Positions 1-8,707 of a stretch of 64,000 nucleotides of DNA are shown in pieces. Below the pieces are notes generated by a model that was given only the letters and a program-made list of their open reading frames with translations, did not search any database and was not told the DNA's origin. The position numbers were made by a program, and so were the translations under genes. The DNA lies in the IMG/VR virus record IMGVR_UViG_3300037755_000757, positions 952 to 64,951 of that record; one strand, written 5' to 3'. Within the stretch, counting starts at the first letter, position 1, and each line of letters begins with the position of its first letter. Source of the stretch: a virus.

Positions 1-214
1 ATAGTAGTACTTCTGTATCTGTACCACCTAGGATTAAAATCTGGTAATCACTTTCTTTTAAGCTTTGGACCCAGATTTCGGCCAGTTGTACAGTTCCCAG
101 ATTGCAACCAGAGATATATGCTACCGGGTCGCGTTGCAGATTGCTGTTATTTGCAATTTCTTGCAGCGCTTCAGTCAGTGTGTGCATTTTGCACCAGTTA
201 CGAATTGCATTCAT
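1..214 (-). CDS. hypothetical protein, runs off window edge (MNAIRNWCKMHTLTEALQEI...)
   Basis: Manual translation; ATG at 214 preceded by AAAGGAGACC RBS and promoter 256-284; no stop before position 1. Confidence 0.65.
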   Translation of the reverse strand, partial: MNAIRNWCKMHTLTEALQEIANNSNLQRDPVAYISGCNLGTVQLAEIWVQSLKESDYQILILGGTDTEVLL

Positions 215-255
215 TTTGGTCTCCTTTGCGGCCAGCCCTTGCTGACCATGAATTG

Positions 256-284
256 AATATAGCACTGCTTCAGGCAAAAGACAA
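256..284 (-). promoter_or_regulatory. sigma70-type promoter TTGTCT-N17-TATATT, with palindromic operator-like site TGTGGC-N6-GCCACT (284-301) abutting the -35
   Basis: Exact 17 bp spacing; same architecture at 749-777, 9184-9212, 47274-47302. Confidence 0.7.
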
Positions 285-341
285 GTGGCAATTTCGCCAC
301 AGACAGAAAAAACAACAAAATATATTTTTCGTGGTAGAATA

Positions 342-368
342 GCCACAGCAACCGAGGGTTGCTGTGGC
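342..368. terminator. perfect 12 bp hairpin GCCACAGCAACC-gag-GGTTGCTGTGGC (possible terminator or operator)
   Basis: Perfect inverted repeat just downstream of ORF 389-487. Confidence 0.45.
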
Positions 369-388
369 CGAGTCATACTACTGTGCTA

Positions 389-487
389 TTAATGCAACAG
401 ACTGTAGACAAGTGACGCGCCGCCTGCAAATCCCATGGCGAAAATTACAGAACCGATGCATACATCACGAAGGAATTCTACTGTCAT
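389..487 (-). CDS. 32 aa single-TM peptide (MTVEFLRDVCIGSVIFAMGFAGGASLVYSLLH)
   Basis: Manual translation; GGAG RBS upstream; hydrophobic segment. Confidence 0.5.
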   Translation of the reverse strand: MTVEFLRDVCIGSVIFAMGFAGGASLVYSLLH

Positions 488-511
488 TTTAATCTCCATT
501 GTGGCCAAAGT

Positions 512-538
512 GCCACTGCAACTAAGAGTTGCAGTGGC
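512..538. terminator. perfect 12 bp hairpin GCCACTGCAACT-aag-AGTTGCAGTGGC
   Basis: Perfect inverted repeat just after the stop of ORF 545-709; paralogous to hairpin 342-368. Confidence 0.45.
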
Positions 539-544
539 TTGGAA

Positions 545-709
545 TTACGCTTGCCAGTTGCGACGTTCTGCTGCTAGCTGGGTCTTGCTTATGGGGTTAG
601 TTTCGGCTCCATAAGCCAGTACCGGCGGACACTTGGTGATCGTACCGCCATTGCGGAGGTAGTCCATCACCATGATTGCAACTGCAAGTTGTTCCAGTTT
701 CTTGTCCAT
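545..709 (-). CDS. 54 aa conserved-type phage protein (YLRNGGTITKCPP motif)
   Basis: C-terminal part of track ORF 545-1087; true start taken at 709 because of AAAGGAGACCAAAATG RBS and promoter 749-777. Confidence 0.7.
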   Translation of the reverse strand: MDKKLEQLAVAIMVMDYLRNGGTITKCPPVLAYGAETNPISKTQLAAERRNWQA

Positions 710-748
710 TTTGGTCTCCTTTGCAGTGGCCTTATTGCCACTATCAAT

Positions 749-777
749 ATGATACCACGGCCGGAGGCAAAAGACAA
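749..777 (-). promoter_or_regulatory. promoter TTGTCT-N17-TATCAT flanked by two GTGGC-N6-GCCAC palindromes (725-742, 777-794)
   Basis: 30 bp upstream block near-identical to 273-302. Confidence 0.7.
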
Positions 778-889
778 GTGGCAATTTCGCCACAGCATGA
801 AAAAAGAAAAATAAATTATCGGTGTGGCAGATTCGCCACTGTTGCCCAAGAGACGCACTGCGGCGGATCGGCACCACCTTGGGCGATCC

Positions 890-1750
890 GGAAATTGTGT
901 CCAAATCATGTCCAAAATAAGTTGAAAATGTGTCCAAAATCTTTTGTCCAGGTTGTATACAATCTCTCCAAATGTTTGAGTGTGGCTGATTCGCAACACT
1001 AATATATAAGGAAGATTGTATACAATTCTCCTTATATATCAGTGTGGTATTTATGCAACAAAAATGATTACGGAAGATTGTATACAATCGGGACTAATAT
1101 ATTAGTGTGTCTTTCTTGCAACACTAAACATTTATGAAGATTGTATACAATCGGTCCCAAACATTTTTGTTGCAAAAATACAACACTAATATATAAGGAA
1201 GATTGTATACAATCTCTCCAAATGTTTGAGTGTGGCGAATCAGCAACACTAATCTTTAGTCCGGATTGTATACATGACTGATATGTTGTATATCTGCAAC
1301 AGTAATCTTTGGTCAGGATTGTATGCAAGATTATGTCCAAATTGTGTCCAATTCAAGGCAAAACTGTGTCCAAAATCTTTTGGCTAGACACTACATCTAG
1401 TAGGCAAAGTCTAGTCAGACACTATATGTAATATGATCCAACATTGTTGTATTTTTGCAACAGTGGTCAACTCTTGGGCTGTGGCATTTCTGCAACACAA
1501 ATCATTTGGATCGATTGTATGCAAGATTGTGTCCAAAATAAGTTGAAAATGTGTCCAAAATCTTTTGTCCAGATTGTATACAATCTCGTGTGAGTTGCAT
1601 TTCGGCCACAGTATCATTTCTGCAACGATGTGGCGAAAGAGCAACTGTGGCAGAAAGAGCACTGTTGTGAATCGGCAACTGTGGCTCTTTCGCAACGATG
1701 TGGTATTTGAGCAACTGTGGCAGATCTGCAACTGTGTCATTTCTGCAACA
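890..1750. repeat. non-coding phased repeat region: GATTGTATACAATC palindromes every 62-63 bp, interleaved TGTKGC-N6-GCAACA palindromes, 17 bp tandem array, TGTCCAAA modules, 58 bp direct repeat (909-966/1530-1587)
   Basis: Read directly; palindrome starts at 951, 1014, 1076, 1139, 1201, 1264, then 1317, 1513, 1572. Confidence 0.9.
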
Positions 1751-1784
1751 GACCGAGAGAAAGAGGGTCATTCTTTCGGAGAAT

Positions 1785-2230
1785 GAGATCGTCCGTCTTC
1801 CATTTTTGGACGGTCCGTCTTCCATTTTTTGTCTAACAACCAGTAAAAGATTACGGTTATTGATAGGACGTGTACTGTTTATTAATACGAGAGCCTTCCA
1901 ACTTCCATTACGGCTGTGGATAGGTGGGGGCCGTTGGACCCTCTTTTGTGGTAAAATAGTACCACTGACAGAAGAATTGTCTGTAATGTTAACGTTAACA
2001 GTGATATGTTATATATCAGTCTTGTCACTATAATTCAGTCATGTTAACGTTAACACTGATATGTTGTATATCAGTTGATGTGGTAGGAGAATACCACTGA
2101 TGCACAAATACCACATGAAAGATCTTTCATTCTGTTGCAAAAATGACACAGAATGGATCTTTCATGGAGTCATGCAGAGATGGTCAGTCTCGTTTTCACA
2201 GTGAGATTGTCCGTCTTCCATTTTCCAAAA
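1785..2230. repeat. second repeat block: GTCCGTCTTCCATTTT x3, TGTTAACGTTAACA x2, ACTGATAT-N5-ATATCAGT, GTGGTA-N6-TACCAC x2
   Basis: Copies near 1790, 1814, 2208; 1987, 2042; 1949, 2080. Confidence 0.75.
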
Positions 2231-2277
2231 CGAAAAATGTTCAGCGTTTTTCGACCAAAATTTTCAGGAAATTTTGA

Positions 2278-2970
2278 TCATTTTTCCTCAATCTTATCCT
2301 TCTCAGGTTGTGGAAGAGCTTCAACGACTTCCGTGAATTCCGCGTCAATAGCCTTTTGACCGAATCTTTTCTCCCATTCATCAATGCTGCCCAGGGAGGC
2401 AGGAGCCACCAACACTCCGCCGGTGAAACCGATATTTAGGTCTTGGCGATCCCTGTAACCGGGTTCAACCCTCTTTGCTTCTAGCTCAATGAGCTTGTAC
2501 GGGTAGATCTTTTCTGTGGAGATAACATTCCCGTTGCGGTCATAGTTGATCTTCTCGGTGCCGTTAAAGGCCAGATCTTGGATGAGAGCGACCACGTGAT
2601 CGCGGTATTCTTGCTCCGAGGCGACCACAGCTTCGCCGAAATCCGGATCGGTTTGCATATGTGACCGAACTGTCGACAGCGTCACTCCGGCCGCTGCGGC
2701 GGAATCACCCATCCGATTGGTCCTCGCGTACAGTGAAAGGAACAAAACCTTCTTTCTGTCGGAGAAACCACCCTTGCGATCAATGCGGATTCTTCGCTGT
2801 TTTCTGCCCCGATCGTCGGTGAATTCCTCGATGTAGGTCGTGCGCCCAGATGGGCGGAATCGGCGCTCCCGATCTAGGATGAACTGGGGAACTTGGAGGT
2901 CGGTTTCTTCCGTGATTTCGTCGTCGTATTCTTCGTCATATGTATTATCATGGTCACTTGTCATTTGCAT
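2278..2970 (-). CDS. terS: probable terminase small subunit
   Basis: Acidic N-terminus, HTH-like 'KKVLFLSLYARTNRMGDSAAAAGVTLSTVRSHMQTDPDFGEAV' typical of TerS; terL is not in the window. Confidence 0.6.
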   Translation of the reverse strand: MQMTSDHDNTYDEEYDDEITEETDLQVPQFILDRERRFRPSGRTTYIEEFTDDRGRKQRRIRIDRKGGFSDRKKVLFLSLYARTNRMGDSAAAAGVTLSTVRSHMQTDPDFGEAVVASEQEYRDHVVALIQDLAFNGTEKINYDRNGNVISTEKIYPYKLIELEAKRVEPGYRDRQDLNIGFTGGVLVAPASLGSIDEWEKRFGQKAIDAEFTEVVEALPQPEKDKIEEK

Positions 2971-3095
2971 ACCTGTCTGCGCGAAAGAGAAATCTTCGCA
3001 AGAATCAGAGAATTGAATGTGAGATCAGTTTAACCGACAATTGCCCAAAGAGCAAGCCCACAAACCGTCATCCAAAATCAAAACCACAAATCAAA

Positions 3096-3124
3096 ACATT
3101 ATGTAAACAAAACGGAAATTGCAA
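3096..3124 (-). promoter_or_regulatory. promoter TTGCAA-N17-TAATGT upstream of terS
   Basis: Hexamers with exact 17 bp spacing in an intergenic region. Confidence 0.5.
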
Positions 3125-3130
3125 CCAACA

Positions 3131-3480
3131 GTTGTTACTCTACTCCCTCTACTTCTTCTAGTAGTAGAGTATAAAAGTAAAGCGCAAAAAACCCAGCGAT
3201 AACAACACCTTACGGATCACACTCTACTCCCTCATCCTTCCGGAGCAAAAGCCACCAAGCACAAAAAAAAAATGCGCGCGCTTAGCCAAAACCTTCCGAA
3301 GGATGAGCAAGTAGAGCGTTTACCATAACTCCGAGCTAACCCCTTGTTTTATCTGCATTTTTTCATAATGTGTAAAGAAATAAAGTAAAGCAGGGGATGA
3401 GCAATTTGACTCTAAGTAGAGGGGAGTAGAGTGTGAACCGAACATTTTCCAAAATATTTACCATAACTCCAGACACCAGC
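3131..3480. repeat. origin-like locus A (TACTCTACT/AGTAGAG inverted motifs, AAAGTAAAGCAGG, CCATAACTC); homologous to 49663-49980
   Basis: 21 bp identity 3163-3183 = 49698-49718; further shared blocks in the same order. Confidence 0.75.
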
Positions 3481-3709
3481 GAGTAACATGAACCTCCACA
3501 TCGCTAAACATGAGTACTAAAACCTAAAAATCTGGCATGCTTCTTGCTACCTAAAAAACCAGTAACAAGAAGCATAGAGCAGCAATTTTGGACCTCAAAA
3601 CAGACCTTCACATTCCTAATCGTTCCCTCAAACACACAAAAAGCTTGCGTTGAGAACTCTTGTTAAATAAAAAGGGGTTCCAAACTAGTAACACGAAGGA
3701 TAAAATAGT

Positions 3710-4432
3710 ATGCATCGGCAGATAGATTGGTCAGATTTCGTAAGATACTGGAACGAAAAACCAGAAAATCTGAGGCCATTGGGGGTCTCCTTAGAACTTC
3801 AATCCCCTAGAGCACCAAATTTCAATTTCTCACACGACCTATCAAGACTAAACTTCAATCCATACAAAGCCAAACATCTTCACACAATCTTCCTAGCATA
3901 TCGGAATCCTCAACTCCCACGTTCAGTCATAAACACAAAGATACTGAAATCCTTAGTCACATATGATCCTGTCTACTACGATGGCGAGTATCTCTTCGCC
4001 GAACCGACAGACGCACAGTACGGAGCCGAGTTCCTCCTTGCTTGCCTATTACCCCTTCTCCTTGGGCGAAAGTTGAGGTGGACAGAAATCCAAGGATACC
4101 AGAATTTAGATCCCGCAGATTCCAGGATGCTTTGTGAAACGCTGTGCGAAAAAAGACCGGATGTCTGGTGGCCATACTATAGGCCAGTTCTCTTTGGTCG
4201 TCCTCAAATGCATGTTGGGAAAAAGTTGATGAGACATTTCAAACGTGGAGAACTCACAGATTGTATACTGGAAATTCTACCTAACAGATTAGCGAATATC
4301 GTTAATCATGTCCAGAAACACACAGGTGCTACGAGAAAGGATATTCAAAACAGCGTGACAACAAGTTTGTACAGACTAAAAGTAGAAGGAAAAATAATAA
4401 ACGAAGACGGAATATGGAAACCCCGACAGTAA
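3710..4432 (+). CDS. hypothetical protein, possible C-terminal winged helix; only plus-strand gene
   Basis: 240 aa ORF with AAGGA RBS, own terminator, no competing minus-strand gene. Confidence 0.7.
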   Translation: MHRQIDWSDFVRYWNEKPENLRPLGVSLELQSPRAPNFNFSHDLSRLNFNPYKAKHLHTIFLAYRNPQLPRSVINTKILKSLVTYDPVYYDGEYLFAEPTDAQYGAEFLLACLLPLLLGRKLRWTEIQGYQNLDPADSRMLCETLCEKRPDVWWPYYRPVLFGRPQMHVGKKLMRHFKRGELTDCILEILPNRLANIVNHVQKHTGATRKDIQNSVTTSLYRLKVEGKIINEDGIWKPRQ

Positions 4433-4459
4433 AGGAGACCAATCGCAAAACTGTCGGGG

Positions 4460-4488
4460 AATGGGCCGACCCTTGTCGGCCCATTTTT
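4460..4488 (+). terminator. rho-independent terminator between convergent genes (11 bp stem, CCTT loop, T tract)
   Basis: AATGGGCCGAC-cctt-GTCGGCCCATT followed by TTT. Confidence 0.75.
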
Positions 4489-4502
4489 ATTCGAGAATCT
4501 TT

Positions 4503-4946
4503 TTAGGCGGCTTCCGCGCTCTTCTTCTCCGGCATAAACCGTGACGCTATAGCCAACGACTCGGTGTCTCCCTCTTCAAGCAACCCGACGCTTGTCGCTA
4601 CCTGCGTAGTCTCATGCACCCTTTTCTTGGCGGAGAGCTTTCTTGATTTCCGCCTCTCGCGACGCTGCAAGCGGTCGAGCTCTTCCTCGACCGTTTCAGC
4701 TTCATCATTGAGCACCTCGTGGCGGGCAGCCAACCTGTCTCGCTCGGCTGACAATGAAGTCAGGCGAGCTAATAAGTCATCCATCTCGGTATCAATGCTC
4801 TTCACTTGCGAATGCAACCCCTTCGCCTCATCCAACACCGAAGCCAGCTTCTTCTTACATTCAGCCGTCGTACTCATGGCGATTGCCACCTTTCCTAAAC
4901 GTTTGTCTACCATTACCAAAAACCCCGGACGCCGCGCACTACCCAT
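4503..4946 (-). CDS. coiled-coil hypothetical protein
   Basis: Heptad-rich central region, basic tail. Confidence 0.7.
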   Translation of the reverse strand: MGSARRPGFLVMVDKRLGKVAIAMSTTAECKKKLASVLDEAKGLHSQVKSIDTEMDDLLARLTSLSAERDRLAARHEVLNDEAETVEEELDRLQRRERRKSRKLSAKKRVHETTQVATSVGLLEEGDTESLAIASRFMPEKKSAEAA

Positions 4947-5092
4947 GCCAACCTCCTGTTTAATGTCAGAGACGCCACAGCGCCTCCACCACGCCCGCAG
5001 ACCCCCTTAAGCTACCAATACCCCACCCGCATTTTACCAGCCCCACGGCGTCCGGTAAAGGCCGGAGTGTCTGTAACCCGACCCTTGTCGGG

Positions 5093-5629
5093 TTACAACT
5101 CCTCCGTGACGAGCCGACGCAGCCCGGACAGCTTACGAGCCGAACGGTTCTTCGTATTCACCTCCTCAACGCGATAAAACTTTCGCCCGGACATCAGCAG
5201 ATCGCCCACGACGACGCCTGCCTCCTGGGCAATTTGAACGTGGGAGGGCTGCTCTTCGAATAGATCGTAAAGTCGTACCGTGTACGGGACGACTTCCTCT
5301 AAATCCTTCTCATCGAAGACAGCGACCTCTCCTGTTCCCTTCATCTCTAGTACGAATCTACCCTGCGAGTTCACCGCAATCTTCGTACCAAACTTCCCAT
5401 CCTTGGTCTCGTACAATATACTCATGTCGGGCTGACCCTCGTCGGGCCATTTCTCCTTTTCATAATCATTGGCCTTGCGCCAACTATTCCAATACTCAGG
5501 CTGATTGATGTGAGCCGAAGACACGTACTGAGTGCGAACCATCCACACTTCTTGCCGTTTCTCAACGAGGCGGACTATCTGCCACTTCGTCCCCGTCTTC
5601 AGCTTTACTCGCTGTCCTACTCTGAACAC
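5093..5629 (-). CDS. conserved phage hypothetical protein
   Basis: 'FGTKIAVNSQGRFVLEMKGTG' motif familiar from phage proteins; tightly packed ORF. Confidence 0.7.
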   Translation of the reverse strand: MFRVGQRVKLKTGTKWQIVRLVEKRQEVWMVRTQYVSSAHINQPEYWNSWRKANDYEKEKWPDEGQPDMSILYETKDGKFGTKIAVNSQGRFVLEMKGTGEVAVFDEKDLEEVVPYTVRLYDLFEEQPSHVQIAQEAGVVVGDLLMSGRKFYRVEEVNTKNRSARKLSGLRRLVTEEL

Positions 5630-6410
5630 TTACAATCTTCCTTCCTACAAACCTCCATCCTAGTGATTCGGCCACACGTAATCCACGAATTCTGGCGGAG
5701 TGCACCTCCAGGATCCCCGCCTCCTTGGGCAATTTGCCGAAGTCCGCAACGATAGCTGGCAGGTCAGCTCGCCATTTCTCCACGTCTCCTTCACCGATAC
5801 GGAAGTACGACATGCCCATGAGCAGCACGACCAATTCGTCGTGCTGTATCTCTAAAACGCTGCTCCCGATAGGGTCAACCACCTGATACCGGCTTGATTC
5901 GAGTCGGTACTCGGGCGGATAAATCACAACAAACTTCCCAAGCTGAACAAGATAAGCTTCCGCGATCAGCAGCAAATCGGACCACCAAGGATCTTGCTTC
6001 CAAAGTTCCTTTGAAGCAAAATCCTTGTCCTGCCACAAAGCGATCGGCTCTGTAGCACCAGCCGCCGCCGAAAACACCATGCCACATGTGACCGGATTCC
6101 AATGACTGCCCAATATTCCGGCAAGCCAGCCACACATGAACCCCTTGCACACGCGAGGCCGTGCACTGTAGATCTGGCACGGCTTGTCCGTTCCAGGTTT
6201 ACAGTGACTACAAAGCTCACCATCCAACTTCACAACCTTCACGGGATCGTCACCCGTATCCATGGACATGACTTTGCAGCAGAGATAGCACTGTCCGCAA
6301 GACCGGGCTGTCTTCACTTCCTCGTCAAGACGACCTTCAGTAACGGGACAACCTGGACCGTTACCCTCGCATCCAGCACCGACGCAATCTTTTCTATAGC
6401 ACATGCTCAT
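5562..6410 (-). CDS. YkgJ/CxxCxxCC-type cysteine-cluster (Zn or Fe-S) protein
   Basis: CGQCYLCC...CSHC...CQIYSARPRVCKGFMCGW. Confidence 0.7.
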   Translation of the reverse strand: MSMCYRKDCVGAGCEGNGPGCPVTEGRLDEEVKTARSCGQCYLCCKVMSMDTGDDPVKVVKLDGELCSHCKPGTDKPCQIYSARPRVCKGFMCGWLAGILGSHWNPVTCGMVFSAAAGATEPIALWQDKDFASKELWKQDPWWSDLLLIAEAYLVQLGKFVVIYPPEYRLESSRYQVVDPIGSSVLEIQHDELVVLLMGMSYFRIGEGDVEKWRADLPAIVADFGKLPKEAGILEVHSARIRGLRVAESLGWRFVGRKIVSVQSRTASKAEDGDEVADSPPR

Positions 6411-7060
6411 TTCTTTACCTGCTTGTTCACCTCAATGGCTCCAGCATTATGATAGCCAATCACAAACTCGCTGGTTACTGACTGCGAAACCACGGTCGTC
6501 TTCATGTCAGGATTAAGCATCTCCATGAACTTTTCAGCTTCTTTCTTATCATTCATGATAAGAGCCTTGCCACCAGAACGAGAAGCCGACCGTATCTCCC
6601 GGATTCTGTCCACAACGCCATACCCGAGCCCAGCCTCGGCCCGACGTTGCTTCCCCCTCTCCCTGGGAAACAGAACACGTGAGTACCGGAGTATCTGCTC
6701 AGTAACATCATTATGACACTGAACCGAAGCCTCAGCGTTCTCCCGCTTACCATAAGTCCTCACCAAATCGGTCCCGGGAGTATAGGAGAAGCAGCAGCCA
6801 AAGGAACCCGCTATTTCCTCGTAAAGCGATCGCTGCCATCCGCAGTAGTATTTCATTTTCCACCGAAAGGAGGTTGGACCCGTCCGTTCCAATCGGACAA
6901 GGTCAAGCTCCTTTTGTTCTACGGCATGCTCCTCCATCAGCCGTACGACACCAGCCATAAACGCGTCCGCTTCGGAGGGGTTTTCCGTCCTATCCGCCTT
7001 AGCCTTCAACTTCCTGATCTTGTCAAGGAGCTTTTCTCTGTCAGTCATACTTCCTCCCAC
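6407..7060 (-). CDS. DUF2786-domain protein
   Basis: 'REKLLDKIRKLKAKADRTENPSEADAFMAGVVRLMEEH' N-terminus. Confidence 0.75.
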   Translation of the reverse strand: MGGSMTDREKLLDKIRKLKAKADRTENPSEADAFMAGVVRLMEEHAVEQKELDLVRLERTGPTSFRWKMKYYCGWQRSLYEEIAGSFGCCFSYTPGTDLVRTYGKRENAEASVQCHNDVTEQILRYSRVLFPRERGKQRRAEAGLGYGVVDRIREIRSASRSGGKALIMNDKKEAEKFMEMLNPDMKTTVVSQSVTSEFVIGYHNAGAIEVNKQVKK

Positions 7061-7260
7061 GAGTCAGCCATCAGCACCTTACCAAGGTGATCAACCCGGA
7101 CGAACAAAACGCGATACTTCGGCTTCCCTATCGGGAACTGGATAATCGGGCTTTTCACAAGCACGATTAAACCAATCTTATCGTCCTCGTAGACATCTGC
7201 ACTGAAGAACCTTTTCTTCTGTGCATCCTCAACCCATACGTCCGTGTCAAGCAGCTTCAT
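7045..7260 (-). CDS. hypothetical protein
   Basis: Packed minus-strand ORF overlapping neighbours. Confidence 0.55.
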   Translation of the reverse strand: MKLLDTDVWVEDAQKKRFFSADVYEDDKIGLIVLVKSPIIQFPIGKPKYRVLFVRVDHLGKVLMADSWEEV

Positions 7261-7646
7261 GACACTAAATCCAATATCTTCGTGAGTGGCTGGCCGTCGC
7301 TCCCCTTGGGCGCAACGGCGTGAAACAGATCAGGATTACTGTTGTATGCGTAGACTAGCTGTGTGTCCCACGGCATAGCGCCCAGAAAGGCGTCAAAGAT
7401 CCTGAGATCAGCAACTGGAACCTTCTCCAGTTGCTTCTCTATGAAGTTCAAATGATACCCACTGTCTATGTGGGCTGGAGCACACTGCGACATTTCCAGA
7501 CACACGTCCAGAAGAAGTTTCCTGACATGTGGATGATTATCTATATTCAGGACATCCCCCGCATCCGACCACATACTGCCCGATCCCAGACGGGACCGCA
7601 CAACGGACATCCCCTCGCCTCGGCTTGCATGCGTATTTCTGCCCAC
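7257..7646 (-). CDS. hypothetical protein (true start probably internal)
   Basis: Packed ORF, 4 bp overlap with the next gene. Confidence 0.55.
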   Translation of the reverse strand: MGRNTHASRGEGMSVVRSRLGSGSMWSDAGDVLNIDNHPHVRKLLLDVCLEMSQCAPAHIDSGYHLNFIEKQLEKVPVADLRIFDAFLGAMPWDTQLVYAYNSNPDLFHAVAPKGSDGQPLTKILDLVS

Positions 7647-7828
7647 GGCACGCCAGCAAGGCGTTCCGCTTCTGCTATAGCTTCCGCACGGCGACGCTTC
7701 ATGTGCCTGTCAACGAGGTCGTGACATTCCGACGGCGCTCCAAAAGCGGAAACGTCGGCGTGCGCCACCGCTTCCGCTGCCTCCTGGGCGATAACGACGC
7801 TGAGCGCCTGCCCTAAATTCCTGATCAT
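7547..7828 (-). CDS. hypothetical protein with CxxC
   Basis: GGAGACCAAAAC RBS preceded by conserved hairpin 7843-7864. Confidence 0.65.
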   Translation of the reverse strand: MIRNLGQALSVVIAQEAAEAVAHADVSAFGAPSECHDLVDRHMKRRRAEAIAEAERLAGVPWAEIRMQAEARGCPLCGPVWDRAVCGRMRGMS

Positions 7829-7920
7829 GTTTTGGTCTCCACTTCCGCGACACTTGTCGCGGAATTGCTTTCTGATGCCCTAGCGCATCCAACAGGAGGA
7901 CGTCACCGCCCTCCTGTCAG

Positions 7921-8118
7921 CTAAGCTAGCAGCTTCTCAGCCATCTGCTTGGGAGTAATGAACAGGTCTGGATCACGACCAATATTATCAGACAGGAAAT
8001 AGTGAATTTCACTCGCTATATCCGTATCTTCCCCCTCAAGCAGCTCTTCAATTTCGTCTGCTGCGTTGTGGATAACGTTCAACAGTTCCGCAACGCGAGC
8101 CTTTGATTCTGGTGTCAT
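7921..8118 (-). CDS. hypothetical protein
   Basis: AAAGGAGACCAAG RBS. Confidence 0.7.
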   Translation of the reverse strand: MTPESKARVAELLNVIHNAADEIEELLEGEDTDIASEIHYFLSDNIGRDPDLFITPKQMAEKLLA

Positions 8119-8175
8119 CTTGGTCTCCTTTAGTGCACCCCACAGAAGGACATTTCTGCCCTCCTGAAAGCTGCA

Positions 8176-8661
8176 CTACACAGTGAACTCCTGAATAATG
8201 TACGAAACCGGAAGTCCGTTATGACCTTTCGGTGCCTGAGCATACAACTCTTCGTCGCCGCCGTTCAGCAGAATGTCGCGCTGGACGTCCGTAAGACTGC
8301 TCAACCATTCGTTGAGGAGTTTTACATCTTTTTCGTTGCACGTTTCCAGATAACCCTTGACACTGATGAGAAGTCCCATGTTATCCAGAAGCTCTTCAAG
8401 CAGCGACACCGGTGTCACCTGAACCTCGTCAGTCCATTTCACCCTGTAAGTTTCTTCCGGTCTGGTTATCGCCCATCCGTTTGCCAGACGCTGAGCCCGC
8501 TGTTCGGCCTCTTGGGCGGACAGCTTCCCTGAACGATAATCAGAGTTGATGTCGCCGCAACGGTTCATGGTTCCACCGTCCGGTGTGACTACGTGTATTT
8601 CGCGCATTACGTTGTGACCCTTGTCGCAACGTACCCCTTTTCTTGAGGCACGTCTGTTCAT
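8176..8661 (-). CDS. hypothetical protein (start may be 8607)
   Basis: Packed ORF; conserved hairpin at 8609-8632. Confidence 0.6.
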   Translation of the reverse strand: MNRRASRKGVRCDKGHNVMREIHVVTPDGGTMNRCGDINSDYRSGKLSAQEAEQRAQRLANGWAITRPEETYRVKWTDEVQVTPVSLLEELLDNMGLLISVKGYLETCNEKDVKLLNEWLSSLTDVQRDILLNGGDEELYAQAPKGHNGLPVSYIIQEFTV

Positions 8662-8707
8662 TTAAAACGAAATGGCCCGCCACCCAAGAAGGCGACGAGC
8701 CCTTTCA

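Noticed and set aside
945-1330. CRISPR-like mini array (palindromic repeat with regular spacing)
   Set aside because: The repeat is only 14 bp, the spacers are related to each other and share a second conserved palindrome, and no cas gene is present. It fits a binding-site array better.
545-1740. Track ORFs across the repeat region (545-1087 N-terminus, 1068-1340, 1411-1740, 1502-1825 etc.)
   Set aside because: Translations merely repeat the DNA motifs and lack an RBS; only 545-709 is kept
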